From Alphaproteobacteria bacterium (lineage in GTDB: Bacteria > Pseudomonadota > Alphaproteobacteria > CALKHQ01): a DNA stretch of 64,000 nt. Every line of letters starts with the position of its first letter. The first letter of the stretch is position 1. Location of the stretch: the NCBI GenBank assembly GCA_965227515.1, contig CBDDFZ010000002.1, forward strand, positions 640,001-704,000, given 5' to 3'. This document shows, one piece after another, positions 55,076 through 64,000 of this stretch. The notes beneath the pieces are model-generated. The model was not told the origin of the DNA, ran no database searches, and worked only from the letters and a program-made list of their open reading frames with translations. The position numbers and the translations under genes were made by a program.

Positions 55076-56173
55076 ATGCAGCGCGTGTTCGGCGGGCTCC
55101 TGGCCGCGGCCGGGCTGTTGCTGGCGGGCTATGCGGCGCTTGCCGAGCCCGGTGACACGGCGTGGACCGCGCCCGCGTTCCCCGGGCTCGGCCCACCCCC
55201 GGCCCCCGCCGACAACCCGACGACCGAGGCCAAGGTCACGCTCGGGCGCTTCCTGTTCTACGACAGCCGCCTGTCCGGGCCGGGCTATATGTCGTGCGGC
55301 ACCTGCCACCAGCCGGCGCTGGGCTTTGCCGAGGATCGCCGGCAGGCCATCGGCATCACAGGTGAGCGGCATCCGCGCAACACGCCGGGGCTGGCCAATG
55401 TCGGCTATTTCCCGGTGCTGACCTGGGCCGATCCGACCGCGACCGCGCTGGAAACGCAATCGTCGACGCCGCTGTTCGGCACCCATCCGGTGGAAATGAT
55501 GGCCGCGCCGCGCCGGGCCGAAATCCTGCTCAGGTTCAGCACCGACGGCACCTATCGCCGCCTGTTCGCGGCAGCCTTTCCCGAGGCGCCGGATGCGGTG
55601 GATTTCGAACACATCCAGATGGCGCTGGCGGCGTTCCAGCGCACGCTGATTTCGGCCGACAGCCCCTATGACCGGCATGCCGCCGATCCGATGTCCGGCG
55701 CCATGGACGCGGCGGCGGTGCGCGGCATGGAGCTGTTCATGAGCGACCGGCTGGGCTGCGCCGGCTGCCATGCGCCGCCGTTCTTCACCGACACCGCCTA
55801 TCACAACACCGGGCTCTATGACGAGGACGGCGCGGGCGCGCTGCCGGAAGGCAACCAGGGCATCGTCGAGTACACCGGCGACCCGGCCGACATGGGGCGG
55901 TTCCGCACCCCCAGCCTGCGCAATGTGGCGGTGACCGGCCCCTACATGCACGACGGCTCGGTGGCGACGTTGGAGGAGGCGGTCGACCACTATGCCGCCG
56001 GCGGACGCGCCGGCTCGCCCTTGACCGATCCGCTGGTGACCGGGTTTGCGCTCGATGCTGGCGAGCGCGCCGACCTGGTCGCGTTCCTTGAGGCGCTGAC
56101 CGACGAGACGTTCCTGACCAACCCCGCGATCCAGTCGCCGTTCCGGTATCAACCGGAAGCGCTGGGCGACTGA
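55076..56173 (+). CDS. Di-heme cytochrome c peroxidase superfamily protein (MbnH/MauG-like)
   Basis: Signal peptide; two CxxCH motifs (CGTCH, CAGCH); LGRFLFYD.RLS, RNTPGLANV, LTWAD and FRTPSLRNVAVTGPYMHDGS. Confidence 0.88.
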   Translation: MQRVFGGLLAAAGLLLAGYAALAEPGDTAWTAPAFPGLGPPPAPADNPTTEAKVTLGRFLFYDSRLSGPGYMSCGTCHQPALGFAEDRRQAIGITGERHPRNTPGLANVGYFPVLTWADPTATALETQSSTPLFGTHPVEMMAAPRRAEILLRFSTDGTYRRLFAAAFPEAPDAVDFEHIQMALAAFQRTLISADSPYDRHAADPMSGAMDAAAVRGMELFMSDRLGCAGCHAPPFFTDTAYHNTGLYDEDGAGALPEGNQGIVEYTGDPADMGRFRTPSLRNVAVTGPYMHDGSVATLEEAVDHYAAGGRAGSPLTDPLVTGFALDAGERADLVAFLEALTDETFLTNPAIQSPFRYQPEALGD

Positions 56174-56198
56174 TCGGCGTTCTCGGCCGAAGGGTCGA

Positions 56199-56273
56199 CG
56201 TAGCCTGGGTGAAGCGTCAGCGCAACCCAGGGACAGCCAAACCCGGGTTTCACGTCGTTCCACCCGGGCTACG
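56199..56273. repeat. GTAG-family REP pair (REPIN-like)
   Basis: CGTAGCCTGGGTGAAGCGTCAGCGCAACCCAGG ... CCCGGGTTTCACGTCGTTCCACCCGGGCTACG: two inverted hairpin units, each flanked by GTAG/CTAC. Confidence 0.8.
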
Positions 56274-56288
56274 ATCCGAGTACCAATC

Positions 56289-59054
56289 CTACCGCGCCAG
56301 GAAGTCCTTCGTCGCCGCCACCGCGTCGGCGAGGCCGACCCGCTCCACCGCCACGCCCTCGGGGAAGGCGCCGAGCAGGCGCGTCGGCGTCATCGGGTCC
56401 AGCAGCACGAACACGCCATGGTCGTCGGCGCGGCGCACCAGCCGCCCGAACGCCTGTTTCAGGCGCAGGCGGGTGAGCATGTCGTCATAGGCGCGACGCT
56501 CGCCGCCGCCCTCGACGAACGCCTCGCGACGGGCGCGGTGCGCGATGCTGGGCCGTGGCCAGGGCACGCGATCGAACACCAGCAGGCGCAGCGCGCGGCC
56601 CGGCACGTCGACCCCGTCGCGAACCGCGTCCGTGCCGAGCAGGCAGGTGGTCTCCTCGGCCCGGAAGATGTCGATCAGGGTGGCGGCATCCATCGCGTCG
56701 ACATGCTGGGCCAGCAAGTCGATGCGGTGCTGCGCCAGTGGGCCTGCGATCTTCTGATGCACCGCGCGCAGCCGGCTGATCGCGGTGAACAGGCCAAGCC
56801 CGCCGCCGCCCGAGGCAACGAACAGCTCGCGGTAGGCGGCGGCGACCTGGTCCAGGTCGTCCTTGCGCACGTCGGTGACGATGAAGACCTTGGTCTGCGC
56901 CGGGTAGTCGAACGGGGACACCACCTTGGCGCGCTGTGCCGGGTCGGGCAGGTGAACCGCGCCGACCCGCGCCTCCGCCTCGTGCCAGTCCAATTCGGGC
57001 GCGCCGGAGCCGTCGGTCAGCGTCGCCGAGGTGACGACGACCCCATGCGCCTCGCGCAGCACCGCGTCGGCCAGCGGCGCGGTCGGGTCCAGCCAGTGGC
57101 GGTAGTAGCCCACGTCGGCATCGCTGCCGCCGATCCGCTCGATGGTCAGCCAGTCGATGAAGCGCGGGTCGGGCTCGGACGAAAGGGCCGCCAGCATGTC
57201 GATCCACGCCGGCAGCATAGTGTCGGCGCGGCGGCCGAGTGCACGCACCGCCGCTTCCAGCCGGGTGCGCGTGGTGGTGTCCAGCGCGTCGGCTTCCTCG
57301 TCCAGCCGGGCGGCGAAGCGGGCGGCAAGCGCGCGCAGCGGCTTCACCAGGTCCTTCAGCGCGGTGGCGAGCCCGGTGGCGGCCTCCAGCAGCGCTTCCT
57401 CCACCGGGCGCACATCGCATTCCAGGCTGTAGGGCGAACGCGGATCGACACGGGCGTAGACCTGGCGGCGGACCAGGTGCAGCAGGTACTCGGCCGGGCC
57501 GTCCGGGCGTCCGTCGGCCAGCCGCTGGTGCCAGCCTTCGCCGGGCAGCACCACGGCGGCGGCAATGGCGGCGTTCAGGTGCTTCTCCGCCGTTGGATCG
57601 TCCAGCGTCAGCTCGCCATAGCGGTTGCGCAGGCCGCGCATGCGGCTGCGGCTCTGGCGCGCCTCCGAGCCCCTGATCCAGCGCCTCAGGTCGGCGCCCT
57701 CCTGCCCCGAAAGGTGGGCGCAGAACACGTTGTCGGCGGCGTCGAACAGGTGGTGGCCCTCGTCGAACACCAGGCGGGTCGGCAGCCTGGTGTCGTCCAT
57801 GCCGCCAAGGGCGGCCTGGGTCATCACCAGCGCGTGGTTGGCGATCACCAGGTCCGCGCGCCGTGCCCGCCGTACCGAGCGCTCGATGAAGCAGCGCCCA
57901 TAGTGGGGGCACGCGGAATAGATGCACTCGCCGCGCCGGTCGGAAAGGCCCAGCGTGCGCCCGCGCCCGACCAGCCCCGGCAGCCAGCCCGGCAGGTCGC
58001 CGCCGACCATGTCGCCGTCGCGGGTCGCGGCGGTCCAGCGCGCCATCAGGCCCAGCGCGGGGGCGACGCCGGGGTTCATGGCGATGCTGTTGCTGGCGTC
58101 CTCCAGGTTCAAGAGGCAGAGGTAGTTCTCGCGCCCCTTGCGGGTGACCACGTGGACCGAGCGCTCGACGGGGTCGGGGTACAGGCGCACCAGTTCCTGG
58201 TCGATCTGGCGCTGCAGATTGCGGGTGAAAGTGCTGATCCACACCGGCGCGCCATTGCGCTCCGCCCACAGGCTGGCCGGCGCGATGTAGCCCAGGGTCT
58301 TGCCGGTGCCGGTCCCGGCCTCGGCCACCACCAGGGCGGTCGCCTCCGGGTCGTGACGGGTCTGGAACGCGCCGGCGACGGCGGAGGCGTAGCTGGCCTG
58401 CTGCGGGCGCGCCTCGGCGGTGCTGCCCAGCATGTCGGCGAGCCGGGTGCGCGCCTCGTCGGGGTCGACGGGCAGGTCGCGCGGCGGTGTGTCCGGCGCC
58501 TCGCCATCCCATTGCGGCAGCCGGCGCCACACCGCCATCGACGATTGCGCGCGTTCCGGGCGCACCGGGCCGCCCAGCGCCTGCACGATGTAGGGTGCCC
58601 ACGGCCAGCCGCCGCGGCCCATCATCATGGCGATGCCGGCGGCATCGACATCGGCGGTCTCCACGATTTCGGCCAGCAGCGCGTCGGCGATGCGCAGCAA
58701 CGCTTCGGCGGCCGATTGCAGGTCGGTCGGCAGTGGCAGGTCGAGCGCTGCGGCGAGGCCGCGCGGCGTCGGCAGCACCGTCACCGCGGGACGGACGAAG
58801 GCGAACAGCTCCAACACGTCGAACGCACCGTCGAGCGAGATGTCCAGACGCCGCGCCGTTGCCGCCTTGTGACAGCACAATATCGGCGCGCCGTCGGCCA
58901 TCACCGTCTTCAGCCGCTGGGCAAGGGCCGCCAGGTCGCCGGTGCTGCTGCGTGCCGGTGTCGCCACCGCCCCCTGGTCGAACGCCACCGCCACCGCCAT
59001 CCAATCGGTGCGGGGTGCGGTGCGCCGATCGGCGAAGGCCTGTTCTGACTGCAT
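56289..59054 (-). CDS. dinG: DinG/YoaA family ATP-dependent DNA helicase
   Basis: Q motif ARPQQ, EAGTGTGKT, KGRENYLC, Fe-S Cys cluster CIYSACPHYGRC, DEGHH, TSATL, GVDVPG and KQAFGRLVR. Start uncertain. Confidence 0.9.
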   Translation of the reverse strand: MQSEQAFADRRTAPRTDWMAVAVAFDQGAVATPARSSTGDLAALAQRLKTVMADGAPILCCHKAATARRLDISLDGAFDVLELFAFVRPAVTVLPTPRGLAAALDLPLPTDLQSAAEALLRIADALLAEIVETADVDAAGIAMMMGRGGWPWAPYIVQALGGPVRPERAQSSMAVWRRLPQWDGEAPDTPPRDLPVDPDEARTRLADMLGSTAEARPQQASYASAVAGAFQTRHDPEATALVVAEAGTGTGKTLGYIAPASLWAERNGAPVWISTFTRNLQRQIDQELVRLYPDPVERSVHVVTRKGRENYLCLLNLEDASNSIAMNPGVAPALGLMARWTAATRDGDMVGGDLPGWLPGLVGRGRTLGLSDRRGECIYSACPHYGRCFIERSVRRARRADLVIANHALVMTQAALGGMDDTRLPTRLVFDEGHHLFDAADNVFCAHLSGQEGADLRRWIRGSEARQSRSRMRGLRNRYGELTLDDPTAEKHLNAAIAAAVVLPGEGWHQRLADGRPDGPAEYLLHLVRRQVYARVDPRSPYSLECDVRPVEEALLEAATGLATALKDLVKPLRALAARFAARLDEEADALDTTTRTRLEAAVRALGRRADTMLPAWIDMLAALSSEPDPRFIDWLTIERIGGSDADVGYYRHWLDPTAPLADAVLREAHGVVVTSATLTDGSGAPELDWHEAEARVGAVHLPDPAQRAKVVSPFDYPAQTKVFIVTDVRKDDLDQVAAAYRELFVASGGGGLGLFTAISRLRAVHQKIAGPLAQHRIDLLAQHVDAMDAATLIDIFRAEETTCLLGTDAVRDGVDVPGRALRLLVFDRVPWPRPSIAHRARREAFVEGGGERRAYDDMLTRLRLKQAFGRLVRRADDHGVFVLLDPMTPTRLLGAFPEGVAVERVGLADAVAATKDFLAR

Positions 59055-59198
59055 CGACGTCCTGTGCTGTGTCGCGCTGCCATGGGCACGCGACATGATG
59101 CCGGCAACGTGACCGCCTTATGCGTGGCGCCAGCCGATGTGGGTAATCGACGTTGCCGACCGGCCAATGGTACCATCCCGGCCATGTATAGCACCCGG

Positions 59199-60035
59199 AT
59201 GCAGCAGACGGAGATGGAACCTGCCGCGCGCAAAGCGGCGCGCATGTGCGCCGCCGTATGCTGTCTCGTGCTCGGCCTGGCGGCGCCGGCCGGCGCGGTC
59301 GACCTGCTGGAGGGCCTGGACCCCGGCGGCGCCGGCGTGGTGGTCGACGTGATCGACGGCGACACGGTGGTGCTGGACGATGGCCGCGAGGTGCGGATGG
59401 TCGGCACCCAGGCGCCGAAGCTGCCGCTGGGCCGCACGAACTTCCCGGAATGGCCGCTGGCGGACGAGGCCCGCGACTACCTGATAGCCATCGCGCTGGG
59501 CGAGACGGTCGAGCTCGGTTATGGCGGCCTGCGGATGGATCGGCACGGGCGGGTGCTGGCGCATATGTTCCGGGCCGACAACGGGCTGTGGCTGCAGGGC
59601 GAAATGCTGGAGCAGGGCCTGGCGCGGGTCTACACCTTCCCAGACAACCGCAGCGTGGTCGACGACCTGCTGGAACGGGAACGCGCGGCGCGTGAGGCCG
59701 GGCGCGGCATCTGGCAGCTCGACTACTACGCCATTCGCACGCCGGACGAGCTGGTCGACGGCACGGACGACTATGTCGGCACGTTCCAGCTCGTGGAGGG
59801 CGTGGTGGTCGACGCAGCCGACGTGCGCGGCCGTATTTTCGTCAATTTCGGTGACGACTACAGAACCGATTTCACTATTGTCATCGAACCGGAATTCAGC
59901 GATGCGTTCGACGATGCCGACTATGACCCGCTGGACCTGCCCGGCACGCGTGTGCGGGTGCGCGGTTGGGTCGACGAGTGGAACGGACCCAGCATTGACG
60001 TGACCCATCCGGAACAGATCGAGGTGCTGGAATGA
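59199..60035 (+). CDS. Secreted thermonuclease (SNase) family protein with C-terminal OB-fold
   Basis: VIDGDT, VRMVGTQAP, DRHGRVLA, GLARV and GRGIW; C-terminal FVNFG.D...DFT and VRVRGWV. Start uncertain. Confidence 0.88.
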   Translation: MQQTEMEPAARKAARMCAAVCCLVLGLAAPAGAVDLLEGLDPGGAGVVVDVIDGDTVVLDDGREVRMVGTQAPKLPLGRTNFPEWPLADEARDYLIAIALGETVELGYGGLRMDRHGRVLAHMFRADNGLWLQGEMLEQGLARVYTFPDNRSVVDDLLERERAAREAGRGIWQLDYYAIRTPDELVDGTDDYVGTFQLVEGVVVDAADVRGRIFVNFGDDYRTDFTIVIEPEFSDAFDDADYDPLDLPGTRVRVRGWVDEWNGPSIDVTHPEQIEVLE

Positions 60036-61447
60036 TGCGGCTGGCCTGGTTGTTGGCCCTGGTCTGTGTGGCGCTGGCCGGCTGCAGCGCGCCGTCGCGT
60101 TCCGTTTCGGTCGCCACTACAAGTTCCAGCTCGGGCATCGAGGGCGACCTGCCGGGTGGCGTCAGCAGTGCGGCGGCCGAACGCATCTTCGCCCAACAGC
60201 ATCCGGAGTTGCTGGCGGACTATGGCGGTCTGTACGAGAACCCGACGGTGCTTGCCTACATCAACCGCATTGGCGACAGGGTGCGCGCCCACACGCCGCT
60301 CAGCGGGTCACAGCTGCAGTATTTCGTGCTGAACTCGGGCACGCCCAATGCGTTCGCGGTGGCCGGCGGCCGGCTCTACCTCACGCGCGGGCTGATCGCG
60401 TTGATGAGCTCGGATGCCGAGCTGGCCGCGGTGCTGGGCCACGAGATGGCGCATCTGGTCGAGCGGCACTCGCTGGAGCGCTACGACATCGAGGTGTCGG
60501 CGCAGCAGGAGGGCAGCGAAGCCGCCAACCAGCGCATCCTGGGCTTCAGCCGGCAGCAGGAACTGGAGGCCGACAGCGTGGGCCTGGAGTTCCTGGCCGC
60601 CGCCGGCTATCGCACCGACGCCGCTGCCGAGATCCTGGCGAAGATGCAGGCCATGGACCTGCTGGCCACCGGAGACGGCTTTGCCGGCGGCCTGGCCTTC
60701 CAGGAAACGCACCCCACGTTCGGGGCCCGCACCCTGCAGCTCATGCAGCTCATCGGTACTACCGACAGCGCGGCGCCTGCGGCCGCCGATGGCCGCGACA
60801 ATTATCTTTCCATGATCGACGGCCTGCCGTTCGGCGATACCGGCGCATCCGGGTTCATTTCCGGGCGCCGTTTCATCAACCCGCAGTACAATGTGGCCTT
60901 CACCGCGCCCGACGGGTTTCAGATCGGCCAGTCGGGCGGCAGCGCCTTCGGCCTGGGGCCGAACAACGCAACCGTCATCTTCCGGGCGTTCGAGAACACC
61001 GAGCCCGGCACCGTGTCGGCCTATCTCGACCGCCGTTTCGCCGATTTGGACGATCAGCCCGCCGAGACCCAGGCCATCAACGGCATGCAGACGGCGATGC
61101 TGGCGTTCCGCAAGCCGGACGGCACCGAAAGTTTCCAGATCGCCGCCATGCAGCTGGACCCCGATACGCTGGCGGTCGTGATCATGCTTGGCGGCCCGGA
61201 ATTGCTGGGCGCGGACTCCCCGTTCCTGGAGGCCGTGCGCAGCGTCGAGCCCAATCCGCAGGGCGCGGTGACACCGCCCGAGCCCGGCCGGATCAGGGTG
61301 GTGACGGTCGCGCCGGGCCAGACCGTGGCGAGCCTGGCCGCGCAGATGGGGGTGTCGGGCGATCGCGAGGGGCTGTTCAGGGTGTTGAACGGTCTGACCA
61401 GCGCGGAAGACGTGACGCCGGGCCAGCGGGTCAAGCTGGTCCAGTAA
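60032..61447 (+). CDS. M48 family metalloprotease lipoprotein with C-terminal LysM-like domain
   Basis: Lipobox LAGC; PNAFA, LGHEMAH (HExxH), FSRQQELEAD and THP; C-terminal VTVAPGQTVASLA..PGQRVKLV. Confidence 0.9.
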   Translation: MMRLAWLLALVCVALAGCSAPSRSVSVATTSSSSGIEGDLPGGVSSAAAERIFAQQHPELLADYGGLYENPTVLAYINRIGDRVRAHTPLSGSQLQYFVLNSGTPNAFAVAGGRLYLTRGLIALMSSDAELAAVLGHEMAHLVERHSLERYDIEVSAQQEGSEAANQRILGFSRQQELEADSVGLEFLAAAGYRTDAAAEILAKMQAMDLLATGDGFAGGLAFQETHPTFGARTLQLMQLIGTTDSAAPAAADGRDNYLSMIDGLPFGDTGASGFISGRRFINPQYNVAFTAPDGFQIGQSGGSAFGLGPNNATVIFRAFENTEPGTVSAYLDRRFADLDDQPAETQAINGMQTAMLAFRKPDGTESFQIAAMQLDPDTLAVVIMLGGPELLGADSPFLEAVRSVEPNPQGAVTPPEPGRIRVVTVAPGQTVASLAAQMGVSGDREGLFRVLNGLTSAEDVTPGQRVKLVQ

Positions 61448-61499
61448 GATAGGGTCGTTCGCGGATAGACCGGGATCGTCATCGCGATCTAACATCACC

Positions 61500-61679
61500 T
61501 TGTCATCCTTGGCCCGAGCCCCCGGCCGGAGGCGGGGCGAGGTGCCGAGGATCCATGGCTCCGCCATCACCGTATGGTGCCTCTACGGACAAGACCTTTG
61601 CGGCCAACATTTGGCGCGCTGGGGCGCCATGGACCCTCGACGCGTCGCGCCCCACTGGCGCGCCGGTCAAGGGTGACAA
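61500..61679. repeat. Palindromic intergenic element, family A, copy 2
   Basis: TTGTCATCCTTGGCC...GTGCCGAGGATCCATGGC...GCCATGGACCCTCGACGC...GGTCAAGGGTGACAA; same arms as 27189-27330. Confidence 0.85.
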
Positions 61680-61719
61680 CGAGCCTTTTTTGATCAGATT
61701 CGGCGCAAGCTGACCCGGC

Positions 61720-62592
61720 TCACACCTCGATCACGTCAACCACATTGCCATCGGGCTGAAAGCAGGCCGCGACCAGCGTGCCGCCGCGCCCGCATCCGCC
61801 GTCCAACGTCGTCGTGTGCTCGGTCTGCACCACGCCCTGGTCGGCGGGATCATAGCCGCGCACCACCCGCCGGAAGCCTGCGTAAGGGCCGTTCAGCCGG
61901 TCGAACAGGTCGGCCCGCCACCAGAAACTGTCGGCCTGCGCTTCCAGCGGCTTGTCGGGGTCGATGCCGGCGCTGACGAAGAGCAGGCCGTCCTCCGCCG
62001 TTATCGCCGCCCGCTTCAGGGACGAGAACAGCACGTCGTGGCCTGCCGCGGTGCGCACGTTCTCGCGCAACTGGCCGGTCCAGCGGGTGATGCTTGTCGC
62101 ACTCTCCCGCGCGATCTCGCGCGCGCGGCCCGGGTCGCCGCCATAGGCCGCCAGGGTGTGGGCGACACCGTGCTCCAGCACCCAGTGCACCACGGCCGGC
62201 GGGTCGGGCGCGAACTGCAGCTGCAGCAGCTTCTGCCACATCTCCTCCTGGGCACCGCGCAGGTGGATGACATGCTCGGGCTCGGCGCCGCGCCGGGCGA
62301 GGAACGCGATGCGGAAGCGCAGGATCTGGTCGATGGTCGCTTGCACCGCCGTGCCGCCGATCATGTTGCCGAGATAGACCATGCGGTCGCCGGCGCGCAG
62401 TTTCGGCCACAGTTCCCGGTGCAGCGCAGTCAGCTGGTGCACGTCTGCGAAGACCGCGCCAACCGCCCAGACGCGGCCTTCCGCGCCCAATTGAGCGATC
62501 GAGGCGGGAGGGGATGTGTCGTCCGGTGGCGTGGGGTCCTTGGCGGGCTGCATCGGGGGGACATGCGCTGTCGTGGACGTTGGCGCATTCAC
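61720..62592 (-). CDS. Metallophosphoesterase-fold protein with degenerate metal ligands
   Basis: Motif spacing matches PPP/ApaH phosphatases, but the motifs read GAVFAD, LGNMIG, RGAQEE, FVSAG and VRGYD. Confidence 0.75.
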   Translation of the reverse strand: MNAPTSTTAHVPPMQPAKDPTPPDDTSPPASIAQLGAEGRVWAVGAVFADVHQLTALHRELWPKLRAGDRMVYLGNMIGGTAVQATIDQILRFRIAFLARRGAEPEHVIHLRGAQEEMWQKLLQLQFAPDPPAVVHWVLEHGVAHTLAAYGGDPGRAREIARESATSITRWTGQLRENVRTAAGHDVLFSSLKRAAITAEDGLLFVSAGIDPDKPLEAQADSFWWRADLFDRLNGPYAGFRRVVRGYDPADQGVVQTEHTTTLDGGCGRGGTLVAACFQPDGNVVDVIEV

Positions 62593-62659
62593 GCCAACAA
62601 CTCAGAATTGTCATGTTAGCGCATTTTTTCCGATCCGCCTCAGATTCGGCGAACGGCGG

Positions 62660-64000
62660 TTACTCCACCGTGACCGATTTCGCCAGGTTGCGCGGCTGGT
62701 CGACGTCGGTGCCCTTCAGCACCGCGGTGTGGTAGGCGAGGAGTTGCACCGGCACGGTGTAGAGGATCGGGGCGACGATGGGGTCGACGGTCGGCATGGT
62801 CAGCGAGGCCGCCACTTGGCCGGCGAAGGCATCCACGCCCGCCGCGTCGCTGATCAGCACCACACGGCCGCCGCGCGCGATGGTCTCCTGCACGTTGCTG
62901 GCGGTCTTGTCGAACAGGTCGTCGTGGGGCGCGATCACGATCACCGGCACGGTGTCGTCGATCAGCGCGATCGGCCCGTGCTTCATCTCGCCGGCGGCAT
63001 AGCCCTCGGCGTGGATGTAGGAGATTTCCTTCAGTTTCAGCGCGCCTTCCAGCGCGATGGGGTAGGCGGCGCCGCGCCCCAGATAGAGCACGTCGCGGGC
63101 ATCGGTCAGCAGATGCGCGATCTCGGTGCAGGCCTCTTCCTCGGCCAGCACCTCGGCCATTCGGGCCGGCACTTCGGTCAGCCCCATGGCCAGCGCAGCC
63201 GCCGTCTTCTCGTCGATGGCGCCGCGCGCGCGGGCCGTCGCAATGGCCAGGCAGGCGAGCACGGTGAGCTGGGTGGTGAAGGCCTTGGTCGAGGCGACAC
63301 CGATCTCAGGGCCGGCATAGGTGGGCAGCACCACGTCGGAGGCGCGCGCGATGGTGCTTTCCGGCACGTTGACCACCGAGACGATGCGCTGGCCCTGGTC
63401 GCGGCAGTAGCCGAGGGCCGCCAGCGTGTCGGCGGTCTCGCCCGACTGCGACACGAAGATCGCGGCCCCGCCGCGTTCCAGCGGCGCCTCGCGATAGCGG
63501 AACTCCGACGCGATATCGACGTCGACCGGCAGCCGCGCGATGCGCTCGAACCAGTATTTCGCGACCAGGCAGGCGTAGTAGGCGGTGCCGCAGGCGGTCA
63601 GCGTCAGCCGGGAGATTTCAGCCAGGTCGAAGGGCAGGGGCGGCAGTGAGATCTGGCCGGTGCCGGCATTGACGAAGCTGTGCAGGGTGTCGCCGATGAC
63701 CGCCGGCTGCTCGTGGATTTCCTTGGCCATGAAATGGCGGTGGTTGCCCTTGCCGATCAGCGCGCCGCTCAGCGCGGTCTGGCGGATTTCACGCTCGACC
63801 GGCTGGCCCTCGGCATCGAAGATTTCCGCCGCGTCGGTGCCGATGACGGCCCAGTCGCCCTCTTCGAGGTAGGAGATGCGGTCGGTCAGCGGGGCCAGCG
63901 CCAGCGCGTCGGAACCGATGTACATCTCGCCGTCGCCATAGCCGATGGCGAGCGGGCTGCCGCGCCGGGCGCAGATCAGGCTGCCGGAATGGCCGGCGAA
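62660..64000 (-). CDS. glmS: Glutamine--fructose-6-phosphate transaminase (5' part outside the window)
   Basis: HFMAKEIHEQP, SQSGETADT, AGPEIGVASTKAFT, LKLKEISYIHAEGY and C-terminal DQPRNLAKSVTVE. Confidence 0.97.
   Translation of the reverse strand, partial: FAGHSGSLICARRGSPLAIGYGDGEMYIGSDALALAPLTDRISYLEEGDWAVIGTDAAEIFDAEGQPVEREIRQTALSGALIGKGNHRHFMAKEIHEQPAVIGDTLHSFVNAGTGQISLPPLPFDLAEISRLTLTACGTAYYACLVAKYWFERIARLPVDVDIASEFRYREAPLERGGAAIFVSQSGETADTLAALGYCRDQGQRIVSVVNVPESTIARASDVVLPTYAGPEIGVASTKAFTTQLTVLACLAIATARARGAIDEKTAAALAMGLTEVPARMAEVLAEEEACTEIAHLLTDARDVLYLGRGAAYPIALEGALKLKEISYIHAEGYAAGEMKHGPIALIDDTVPVIVIAPHDDLFDKTASNVQETIARGGRVVLISDAAGVDAFAGQVAASLTMPTVDPIVAPILYTVPVQLLAYHTAVLKGTDVDQPRNLAKSVTVE

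Overview
This is a 64-kb chromosomal window from a high-GC bacterium, most likely an alphaproteobacterium: the HDAC-xseB-ispA, DinG and glmS neighbourhoods and the palindromic intergenic repeats fit Rhodospirillales-like organisms. From left to right it contains: (1) an MBOAT/SGNH cell-envelope O-acetylation operon (patA/patB/ape-like); (2) tRNA-Ser(GGA) followed by a ~13-kb, partly lower-GC surface-glycan region with a kexin-like S8/RTX protease, sulfotransferase, Wzy/O-antigen-ligase-like protein, GT4, Sel1-repeat/peptidoglycan-binding protein, GT2 and Wzx flippase; (3) a TctCBA-TetR-Gfo/Idh/MocA-DUF993-TIM-barrel catabolic operon; (4) an overlapping pair of a secreted caspase-like protease and a trypsin zymogen; (5) ald, CorA/ZntB, PaaI, an Ldh_2 oxidoreductase, two paralogous Cys-rich lipoproteins, PotABC and an RND pump; (6) HDAC-xseB-ispA, an SDR/TetR pair and methyltransferase/GT2/asnB; (7) a co-oriented cluster encoding a TPR/beta-barrel (Slam-like) protein, a small secreted protein, an ECF sigma, an anti-sigma, a subtilase and an MbnH/MauG-like di-heme enzyme; (8) DinG, a thermonuclease, an M48-LysM protease, a catalytically degenerate metallophosphoesterase and glmS. 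The best candidates for an undescribed system are the ECF module, whose anti-sigma appears to end in a subtilase-propeptide-like domain next to a subtilase gene, and the caspase-trypsin zymogen cascade. No CRISPR array, integrase or transposase was seen. All family assignments come from motif recognition by eye, not from database searches.
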